DNA of 64,000 nt from the human T2T-CHM13v2.0 reference genome, Homo sapiens, in assembly GCF_009914755.1 (NCBI RefSeq), contig NC_060939.1; one strand, 5' to 3'. The position numbers were made by a program, and so were the translations under genes. Below, in pieces: positions 53,020-64,000 of this stretch (the stretch's first letter is position 1; every line of letters begins with the position of its first letter). The notes below the pieces were generated by a model, which did no database searches, was not told where the DNA came from, and was given only the letters and a program-made list of their open reading frames with translations.

Positions 53020-53960
53020 CACACTACCCTAGTAAAATGATGTATGGAGCAATCGTCTGGTAGGGGCTGATGGGATGTAAATGAAACTAATTAAGGAAAT
53101 GTCAAACATAATTAATAAAACAGGTTTAAGTTGCAAAAGCCCTGTCAGTGGAATGAATGGGGAAGAGCACCGCTTGCCCATTGTTGGGTGCACTCTCTCC
53201 CCTCTTGCCTCTGCTCTCCAGGCTTTATTTAGCACTGTTCAATTAGATCCTGGAAAGCTACTTGAAGCTCACTTTTCTACCTCACCTTCTCTTAGCTTGA
53301 TCCCACAGAGAGGGAGGAATATAAATTTGCCTGTCGGCTTGCAGCTTGGAAAAAATTAATTGCCAACTCCTCGTCTTTTCCAAGTACTACAGGACATTAA
53401 CATAACCAATTTGCTTGAACTCCTCACTGACTGCCTAATAGAGCATCTGACCAGCTGATAAAACCAGGGTGTTGCTGATGCTACCTTGTTATTATTAGCA
53501 TTTGCATAATATCCAAATATTACAGTGGCATGATCCAAGGGCTCCATTTATTATTGATAAGAACAAAAAAGCGGGGGGGGTGGGAGTCATTGAAAATAAC
53601 AAAGCGGGTGAGTGACCTATAATTGTGGCAAGCAAATTAAGGTATGCGGTAGAGTCAGTTACATTTGCCTAGGAGTAATGATGCCCAAGACCTTTTTCTT
53701 CCCCGGGGACTGGAAAAATAATGGATTCCCTTGCAGCTGCAGATGGGGTAGGAGAATGCTGTCATCAGGACATGTTTACATAAGTTAGGCCGAGCGTGTG
53801 GCTGTGAGCCCTGCCTGTAGTGTTTGAGTCAGCTCCAATCATTTCAGCCACTGAAGCATAAGTCACTCAGAAACCCACTGGTTTCCGGGAGGGGTGGGTC
53901 ACAGGAGCAGGAGCCAGGGAGAAGATCCTTGTTTGAAAGTCAACAACTGCATTTGCAAGG
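53020..53960. promoter_or_regulatory. Putative enhancer-like unique block
   Basis: Transposon-free; CTAATTAA, TGTCAAACA, TAATTAAT, ATTTGCATAAT (octamer ATGCAAAT), TGAGTCA, TGTTTAC motifs. Function is inference. Confidence 0.4.
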
Positions 53961-55575
53961 AGCGTTTCAAGCCCCTTCAGTTCGCAGACAAGGGTGATAA
54001 CCTTGAAAATCAGAGGCCAATCAGCTTTTAAGTGAAAAGATAAAGATGAAATGTGGTTTCTGTTAACTTACAGACCTCCTGGCATCCTCACTCTGGGGTA
54101 TTTCAATTCAGTTCATGTATGCACGCACACACACAGGCACACACACAGACAGAGCTGTGCAGGTATTTAATGTTGTTTAACAAATGTTAATTGAGCATCT
54201 ACACTTACTGCACCTAGTACCGGGACAAAGAAGAATAAGATGTAGTTCACATTCTCAAGAATCTTAAAAAGTCAATTTTGAATTCAAATGAATTAAAACA
54301 AACACGTAGAGATTTTATTGGTAAGCAAATTTCTCTCCACAAAAGCCATTTATGACAGACACATTGAGGCTTGATATGTATCCGCTAAATCAGAAGACAA
54401 TTTCAAAAAATAACATTAATTAAGCAAACACTGGTAATAGCACGAAAGGTATGTGTTTGCTTTCAGTGAAATGTTAATAGTCATTATTTGTTCTACTTAG
54501 TAAAGAAATCACAGGAGCCTATCATGTTATGCCAGAGAAGCAAGCAGGTGCTCGAATGCTAAGTGGGTCAGGCCAAGTGGACACAGACTCAGCTTGCAGA
54601 GGAGGCCATTGGCCACATTTAAGATGGTAATGGATCATAACATGATGAATTTCAAAAATCTATGGTGATTGGGAGGAGGAGAAGAATATCAACAAGTGTT
54701 ATTTATGTGGCACATAAACAGATAAACACGTTGATTATATTGTTCTTTCAACACATTTATGCTTAAAATTTTCTAATATTAAAAGTCTGGAGGAAGAACT
54801 ATTCTGATCTATGTAAGGTAATTAATTATGTAATTTGGCAATAATCACATCATGGACTAGTTAGGTAAGGTCCATTTTTATTTCATCTGATGAATCTGAA
54901 AGACCTAGATTTTGGGGCTAAGAATTAGGACAAGTGTCATTCCCCAAACTTTTTCTCTCTCTTTCTAAAAGATTATCTTCATTAAACATTGAAAAGATTT
55001 TTAAAATGGTACACAACATAAGGAATAATTATATGCCCAACTCAGTGCAGGAAATAGAAAACTAGGAAATTGCCATTACCTTGGAGTCCCTTATGTGTCT
55101 TTAGTCAATTGCACCCATTCGCAGGCCTTTCAGGGGTAATCACAATTCTGAATTCTGAACTTTGTCTTTCCCCTGCCGTTTAATTTTCACATATATGTTT
55201 GTGACCTTGACAATGTAGTGTTTGCTTCGGGTATTTTGAACTTAGTATTAATGAGAATCATACATGCAATTTGTTGTTGTTGAGTTTTGTTTTGTTTTTG
55301 CTTAAAATTATAATATTAGACTATTCCATATTGTTCCACATATAGAATATACATGTAACTCATTTATTATAAGTGTTATATTCCATTGTATGATATAATA
55401 TTCCATTGTATGACTGTAACACATAATATTTATCTACTCCTTTTTTGATAGACATTGGTGTTATTTTCAGCTTATATATATTTTTTTCAGCATGTGTGTG
55501 TGTATATATATACATATATATGTATATATACACATGGTTCTTCTATTCCTCTTTCATACATTCACATGGTTCAAA

Positions 55576-55622
55576 CATACACATGGTTCTTCTATTCCTC
55601 TTTCAGGTACATATACCAAAGG

Positions 55623-55678
<56 letters not shown>

Positions 55679-55979
55679 TATATATGTATATATGTGTGTG
55701 TGTGTATATATATGTGTGTGTATATATGTGTGTATATATATATGTGTGTATATATATGTGTATATATATATGTGTGTATATATATGTGTATATATATATG
55801 TGTGTATATATGTATGTATATATATGTGTGTATATATATGTGTGTGTATATATATATGTGTGTATATATATATGTGTGTGTATATATATATGTGTGTGTA
55901 TATATATGTGTGTGTATATATATATATATATGCCTTTGGTATATGTACCTGAAAGAGGAATAGAAGAACCATGTGTATG
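55576..55979. repeat. Perfect 49-bp inverted repeat enclosing a ~306-bp (TA/CA/TG)n microsatellite
   Basis: 55576-55624 is the exact reverse complement of 55931-55979. Confidence 0.95.
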
Positions 55980-56284
55980 CAAGTGTGACTTTATTTTATA
56001 ATGCCAAATTATTTTCCAAAGGTTGTGTATCAGTGTACAAACTCAAAGTTTTTATTTGGTCCTACTAATGTACATTCTAGCTAACATTTGCTCTTATCAG
56101 ACATTTAAATTATCACTAATCTAATCTTAAAATGATCTCCTTATGATTCTAATTTGCATTGCCTTATTTACCCATGAAGTTGGACACTGTTTCATGGGTG
56201 TATTGACCATTCAAACATTACCTGTTTTGTGAAATGGCATTCATCTACTAGGCTGTGATTTACTTGTCAATTTCAAGGAATTAA

Positions 56285-56316
<32 letters not shown>

Positions 56317-56477
56317 GTTCTGGCTTGTGTTTTCACTCTTTTTTATATCTTTTGATGAATCTGTTTTTAATTTTAATCATATCAAATTGATAATCTCTCA
56401 TTTTACAATTTGCATTTTCAGGGTAATGTTTAAGAAACCTTAATTTACTTGGAAACATAAAAATTTGCCATTTTTAT

Positions 56478-56612
56478 TCAGGCACAATGGCTCATGCCTG
56501 TAATATCAGCACTTTGGGAGGATGAGGCAGGTGGATCATTTGCATGTGCTCGGGAGTTTGAGACCAGCCTGGGAAACATGGCAAAACCCCATCTCTACAA
56601 AAAATAAAAAAA
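56478..56612 (+). mobile_element. Alu left monomer (FLAM-like)
   Basis: CAGGCACAATGGCTCATGCCTGTAAT ... CCCCATCTCTACAAAAAATAAAAAAA, no right arm. Confidence 0.85.
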
Positions 56613-56814
56613 ATCCTTTTATTTTTCTTTTAAAATTTATATCCCTTTGCTCTTTACTTATGGAAAATGCAGAATTAATTTTTTCTAATATGTTTTATTT
56701 TATTTGTATAATCAACTTTTCTTTGAGCATTTATTGAAAAGTCCATCTTTACCTGACTAATTTGCCATGACATTTCTGTTACCCATTTTACATATATATC
56801 TATATCCATATGCA

Positions 56815-57996
56815 ATAGAATGAATTTTGGCCTCTGTCTTACACCATGAACAAAAATTAACTCAAAATGAATTAAAGACCATTAAATGTAAAACTCTTAG
56901 AAAAACACAGGTATAAATTTTCTTGACTTTGAATTAGTAAAAAATGTATTAGATGTAGCTAAAATACAAGCAGAGAAAAAATAGATACATTGGGCTTCAA
57001 AAAATTTTTGTGTTAAAAGACACTATTTAAAAAGTGAAAAGACAACTCACAGAATGAGAGAAAATATTTCCAAATAATATATCTGATAAAGGACTTGTTT
57101 TCAGAATATTTTAAAAACTCTTACAATTCACAATAAAAAAACAATCCAGACAATCCAAATAAAAAATGAGCAAGGGATCTAAATACACATTACTCCAAAG
57201 ATGTACAAATAGTCAATAAGTGCATGAAAATATGTTCAACATCATGAGCCATTAGACAAATGCAAATCTAAACCACAATAAGATACTACTTTGCACCTAT
57301 TAAAATGGCTGTAACCAAAAAACAGATCATAGCAAGTGTTTGTAAGAATGTGGAGAAACTGGAAAGCGTGTATATTGCTTGTGGGAATGTAAAATGGCCC
57401 AGCCATTGCAGAAAGCAATTTGGTGGTTGCTCAAGAAGTTAAACATAGAGCTACCATGTGATCCATTAATTCCATTGCTAGATGTATACACAAGAAAATT
57501 TAAAAAATAACCATACACATGAATGTGAATAGTAGCATTTATTCATAATAGCCACATAGTAGAAACAACCCAAGTGTCAGTCCACTAATTAAAGGATTAA
57601 CAAAATATGATATACTCTTACAATAAAATATTATTCAGCCATAAAAAAGAATGAAATACTAATATACTCTACAATGTGGAGAACCTTGAAAACACATAAT
57701 AAGAGAAAGAAGTCAGAGAAAAAAGACCACATATTGTACGTGTCCATTTAATTTAAAATGTCAAGAATAGGCAAATCCATAAACACAGAAAGTAGATGAG
57801 AGTTTACAAGAACTGGACAAAGGAGGAATGGATAGCAACTGCTAATTAATGAGAGATCCTGTGTGATGGCTTGAAATCATTCTGGAGTTGGTGATGATTG
57901 CACAAATATGTGAATAAACTAAAAGCCACTAAATTGTACACTTTACAAAATGGTGAATTGTATGGTATGTGAATCATATTTTGATTTTTTAAAAAG
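56815..57996 (+). mobile_element. L1MB-like 3' segment (ORF2 end plus 3' UTR) nested in an older antisense L1
   Basis: ACAAAAATTAACTCAAAATG, AAATGCAAATCTAAACCACAATAAGATAC, GGCAAATCCATAAACACAGAAAGTAGAT, GGTGAATTGTATGGTATGTGAAT. Confidence 0.88.
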
Positions 57997-59270
57997 AGAA
58001 GAAAATAATTTTTGATTACTGGTACAGTAGTTCCCCTCTCCTTGCTCTTATTTCCGAGGATTTCTGGGCTGTTGGTGGACTTCTGATCTTCTGTTTAATA
58101 TTCAGTTTGTTTTATATTCAGTTTGTTATTAAATATTCAGTTTCTTTTATATTCAGTTTGTTAAGTTCCAAGTAAAATATTATTGAGCATTTAAGTAGAA
58201 TTCCTTTGAGTCTATTGATCAGTGTGAATGGAATAGGTATCCCCATGATAATAAGTTCTCTAGCCCATTAACATATATCACTTGATTTATTTACAGCATC
58301 TTTAATGCCTTTCAATAAAATGTTTTAACTTTATCAATAAAGATCTTACAAATATGTATTAGATATTTCCTTAGTACTCTGTATTTCTCAGGTTAATGTA
58401 GATCAAATCTTTTATACCTGTGTGCTGCCAGAATATAAAAATGCAATTGAGTTTTGTGTGCTGATTTAGTAGGCAAGCTTGTTAAAAATACTTTTTGATT
58501 CTGAAAAATTATCTGCAGGTTATGAATAATTACAAGTTTTTTGATGGTAAATAATGAAAACTTTTGGCTGAATTATTCATGCTTTTAATTTCATTTTTCT
58601 TGCCTTATTACACAAGCTAGGAATTCTAGAACAATGGTGATTATAAGCAGTAATCAACTAAGCAGACATCACTGAATTGTATTTTTATAGGAAATAATTT
58701 CAATATTTCGCCAATTATTATAATATTTGTTATAGGTTTTACAACATACATTAGTAACTCCTAAATTTATAGTTCTAATTTGTAGTCCTAATTTGTAGTT
58801 CACTAAAAGCTTTTTTTTTTAAAGAAAGGCGTGAAATTGTATAAAATAATTTTCTTCCATCTATTAACATAGTTACTTTTTTTCTTCTCTAATCTCTAAA
58901 TGCATTAACATGTATACTTTGATTTCCTACATTAAATTCAACTTGATCATAATAATGATAGTATGTTTGGTGGTTAGAGATGATCTTTAGCTTGATCTGA
59001 ATTTGAGCTGTAGCCCTCTCTGTTATATTTAGCAAGTTATTTATATTTTTATGTTTCAGATTTTTTATCTTTGAAAATGGAGATAACAGTATCTACCTCA
59101 TAGGTTTGTTGGGAGGAATACATAATTAATATATTTAAGGCACTTTCAGCAATGCCTAACACATAGGAAGCACTACAGAAGTGTTATCTGCTATTACTAT
59201 TATCATTATTTTGAGACAGAAAATAATAACATATAACAAATGCATGAATGTAACAAACTGCATTCATTTA

Positions 59271-59660
<390 letters not shown>

Positions 59661-60184
59661 TTAGAGATCATTTAGGTTTTATGTTTCTCTTAGAGTGATG
59701 TTATATTTTTCTAGGAATATTTACGTTGCATCTATGCTCTCCAATTTATCCATATAAACTTGTTCATAATAACTTCTTATATTCAAATGTCTGCAACAAA
59801 GAGATGTGATTTTTCTGATAGCAGTCCTTTGCAACTCATTAAGACTTGTTTTACAGTCTAATACGTATTTAATTTCCACAGGTGTTCAGTATTTCCATGA
59901 GAGGACAGCATATTCTACAGTCATTGGGTATAGTATTTTCATATATGCCCATTGGATGAAGTTTTTTTATTTGTGCTGTTTAAATTGTTTTTATACATAG
60001 CAGTTTTTTAAACATCAAATCTCCCAATAAAAAGATGAATGAGTTTATTATTCCCTATGGTACATGGAACATATGTTATAGAATCATTTCTTTGGGGCAA
60101 TGTCAATATTTGTCAATATCTGAATACTCTGATTTTAATAAAGTTTTTAACCTGATATTTTGTTTGGTTTTTCTCTGATACTAA

Positions 60185-60488
<304 letters not shown>

Positions 60489-62562
60489 TAGCTATACAAA
60501 GTTTATTTTCATTATTTTACTTCTATCCTTCTGGATTCTGATATTTAAATGTTTCTCATATTAATGGCATAAAGTTTGGATTTTTAATAAGTCTGACAGT
60601 CTTTATATTTTAACTGAAGCACAATCCATTTGCAATTATTTTGAGTGTTGCTATATTTAGATTTATTTCTACTTTTTAATTTGGAACCCTATCCTTATCC
60701 TTCCCTTGCTTTGTATCTTTTCTTTCATTTCTTGTCTTCTTTTACATTGATTTAATATTTTTTTCATTTTCTCTATCAGATAAAAAGTTATACACAAAAT
60801 GTCAATTCATTATTGGTTATCTTAGAAGTTTTATCATACATACTTAACTTACCAAGGTGTAAATTCATCAGTATATGTATTCAAACACCTTAAAACACTT
60901 TCCCTTAGATCACTTTCCTCTTAATTTTTATATTGTCCTTTAATATATTTTAATCTTGTCTCTCAACTCCACGAATGATATATCAATATATTTATTTTAT
61001 ACACCTAACATTTATTTAAACTATAATATGTGTATTATAGGCATTTTCTATGCTCATCATTTGTTTTATATTTCACAATTTCCATCTGACTTTTTTTATC
61101 TGAAGAAATTCATTTTTTAGCATATTCTCTTGGATTTCTGCCTTTCATTTGGGCTGTTACGAAGTTAGTTGCCAGCTTTATCGTTGCTCTTTTGAAAGTA
61201 ATCTCTCTTTTCTTTGTGAATGCATTTAAGATTTTTATTTTATCTTTTATGTTCAGCAGTTTCACTATGATGTGTCCAACTTGCATTTTATTTTTCAACT
61301 ATCTTACTTTGACTTCCTGAATCTGTGAATTGGTATCTTTTAGCAGTTCTGGAAAATTAACATCTTTTTCTTCAGATATTGCCCCTCTCATTGATTCTCT
61401 CTTTTCCTTACTGCATTCAAATTATATCGGTTAGATCCTTTTAACTTTTCCTCTGTTTTTAAATGTCTTTCTCATATCTCCCCTTCTCTATCTCTCTGGA
61501 CTGTATTCTGGGTGCTTTCTCCAACTTTTTCTTCTTTTTAATAATTCTCTCTTTATCTGTGTCTTATTTGGTATTAAACTGTCCTGTCCAATATTAAGAG
61601 TAAATTCTCTCTTTAGCTTTGTCTTATCTAATATTTAGTGGATATTCAACCCATTCAATTTTAATTTCACTTTCTATATTTTTCACTTGATAAATAATAT
61701 TTGGTTTGTTTTCAGATATTCTTATTTATCTTATCATATAACCCCCTTTTTCATGTTTTTAACCTTTTATTTCTTTAAACATATTATGCATATTTATTTT
61801 ATAGTTTGTGGTTAACACTTCCAAGAAATAAAGACTTTTGAAGTCTAATTCTACTCTTTAGCTCATGGTGCCAATGTTTTCTTGTGTTGTATGTGTATGC
61901 GTGTGTATGTGTGTGTGTTTTTTACTGCAAACTCATATTTTTTGAAACTGTATCAGTAGAAATTTTTTGAAGCCTGGTTTGACAGTGAAGCCTTCTAGAA
62001 AGAGGTTTTATTGGTTTTGCTTTATTTTGTTTTGGTTTGGTTTGATTTGGTTTGGCTTTGTTTCTGCAAGTTGCCTAAGGAAACCACACAGTCAGAAACA
62101 ACATTAAAATAAATTATCAGCTTGAGATTATTTTTGGATAATTGGATATCACAAATTCATGCTTTAAGTCCACAGGAGGATCAGCTTATAAGTACAAATT
62201 CTGTGGTGGAATATATTTTCTGCTTCAGTGCTAAGATTTGAAAAGTGATTTTCCTTACTAACTACTGAGTGAGGAATATTTATATAAAATAATATTTCTT
62301 ATTTATCTTAACAGTGAAGTGTAGGCCCACGGAGTCCCAGCTAGTATGTGAGTGTCTCATCAGACTCTCCCTCCTTGGTTGGACTCTAAGATTTGACTCT
62401 TGATTGCCAGACCCAATGAGTCCCTACAGTTTCAAATTCAAATTTGCCTTGTTTTGCACAAGCTTTCAAAGCTGAAGGCCAGAATAGTACTTTACTGTTT
62501 TCAACTTCAGTGAGATTGTAGCTTCTAAATATCCCTTATTTTCTTTTCAGTTTATAAAATTA

Positions 62563-62972
62563 TGTTGCTGAAACACCAGGGGTTTGGTCTATATCCTAAA
62601 GCTCACTGCACAGAAAGCCAATCACTGAGGCAGCAAGTATTGCCAAGGAAGAAGGCTTTAATCAGGTGCTGCAACCTAGGAATTGGGAGCTCACTCTCAA
62701 ATACATCTCCTTGACTGACTAAAATGAGGGGTTTATATAGCAGGGAAGAAATATGACAATGTGTAAGAAAACAAGAACTAGGAAGGGGCAAGGAGGCATC
62801 TAGTGTGTGATCTGGTGAGCTTCAGTTGTTTGATACTTTTTTTGAAAGGCTTAAAGTTCTTTTCTTGAGGAAGGAACTCACATAAAACAAATACAAATTT
62901 CAAGCTTTAACAGCAGAATCTTTTCTATGTTTATCCAAAAGAACAGTCTATGGGAGTATTGGGCCAGTTTCA
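62563..62972 (-). mobile_element. ERV1 solo LTR (MER57-like)
   Basis: TGTTGCTGAAACACCAGGGGTTTGGTCTA ... GGGCCAGTTTCA; 4-bp TSD ATTA at 62559-62562 and 62973-62976. Confidence 0.82.
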
Positions 62973-63179
62973 ATTATTTAAGAACACTTAATAAACGTGG
63001 GTTTCTGTATAATATTTTATATATATTTAACATGTAAAATATAACAAAGCAGTGTCTTTTATGTATTAATATTACATAACAAAACAACACAGATGATGTT
63101 ATAATTTAAAAATCCAGTAACTGTCTGCAATATTACAAGAAGTCTCTTTCAAATGTTTTCATTTCAATCCTCCACGAAA

Positions 63180-63487
63180 TTTTTTTTCTTTTCTTTTATT
63201 TTTTTTGAGACAGAGTCTCACTCTGTAGCCTGGGCTAGAGTGCACTGGTGTGATCTCAGCTTACTACAACCTCTGCCTCCCAGGTTCAAGTGATTCTCTT
63301 GCCTCAGCCTCCTGAGTAGCTGGGATTACAGGCACCCGCCACTACACCCAGCTAATTTTTTGTATTTTTAGTAGAGACAGGGTTTCACCATATTGGCCAG
63401 GCTGATCTCAAACTCCTGACCTCATGATTCACTTGCCTTGACCTCCCAAAGTGCTGGGATTACAGGCATGAGCCACTATACCCAGCC
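63180..63487 (-). mobile_element. Alu (AluS-like)
   Basis: Reverse Alu; TSD TCCTCCACGAAATTT / TCCTCCATGAATTT. Confidence 0.94.
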
Positions 63488-64000
63488 TCCTCCATGAATT
63501 TCTAAAATTGAAGAAGAGAAGCTTCAATAACTACTCTAAGTAGCACTTCTCAATGCCAGGTAATTCTAAACTAGTCAAATATTTTTATAAAGTAGAATAC
63601 ATAAATAAGGTAATATTTGTAATGGTCTAGCACAGCACCTGACAAAACACGAACTGATAGCTATCATCATCATCATTGTCATCTACATTTCAGTGCCTTC
63701 TCTCCTGATGTCTCAGCTTATTTTGTAAGTTCAAAAAAATATTCTGCATGTTATGTTTTCAATATCCAACATTCATCTGAGAAGCACTTAGAGAGATGTA
63801 TTTTTTACTTTTCTGTTAAACGAGAGGGTGCATAATACTTGTGGTAACTCTGTTGAGGAAAACCATGTCTCTAATGGGGATTGAGGGACTTTGAGTTAAC
63901 ACTAACTATGTTCTATGTTTTGCTGTCAACATGTACTATTCTCCAGCAGAGTTGTATGGAGCAGAATTGCAGTTTAATAAGAGGCTTATTTGCAGGTGCA

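Larger units (their letters stand above)
54960..56790 (-). mobile_element. Ancient L1ME-like 3' region (antisense), host of the palindrome and FLAM
   Basis: TATTCCATTGTATG, TGCCAAATTATTTTCCAAAG, TTCTAATTTGCATT, TTATTGAAAAGTCCATCTTT. Confidence 0.75.

Noticed and set aside
55445-56001. Five overlapping 126-172 aa ORFs (YI/CV/HT-rich)
   Set aside because: Stop-free translation of TA/TG/CA microsatellite; the mirrored peptides on both strands simply reflect the inverted repeat.

Overview
This is primate (human-like; AluY and HERV-H/LTR7 are present) non-coding genomic DNA, intergenic or deep intronic. I find no credible host protein-coding exon, tRNA, rRNA or CRISPR array. The supplied ORFs are retroviral remnants, Alu or microsatellite read-throughs, or chance ORFs. 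The dominant feature is a 9.6-kb compound HERV-H (10761-20389) with three LTR7s and two non-identical internal regions inside a single 5-bp target-site duplication (GGCAC). It is best explained as one provirus inserted into another, followed by LTR-LTR recombination and patchy gene conversion. The rest is ordinary Alu/L1/L2/MIR/MaLR/ERV/DNA-transposon content separated by repeat-poor, TAAT/Fox/Sox/Meis-rich blocks that look like developmental enhancers. Other oddities are an ungapped 195-bp motif-dense duplication (36721/37924), a perfect 49-bp inverted repeat around a microsatellite (55576-55979), and several small phased-motif or hairpin structures. I cannot support a wholly new biological system, and I cannot name the locus from sequence alone. 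Repeat subfamily names come from recalled consensus sequences, and the boundaries of old repeats are approximate.
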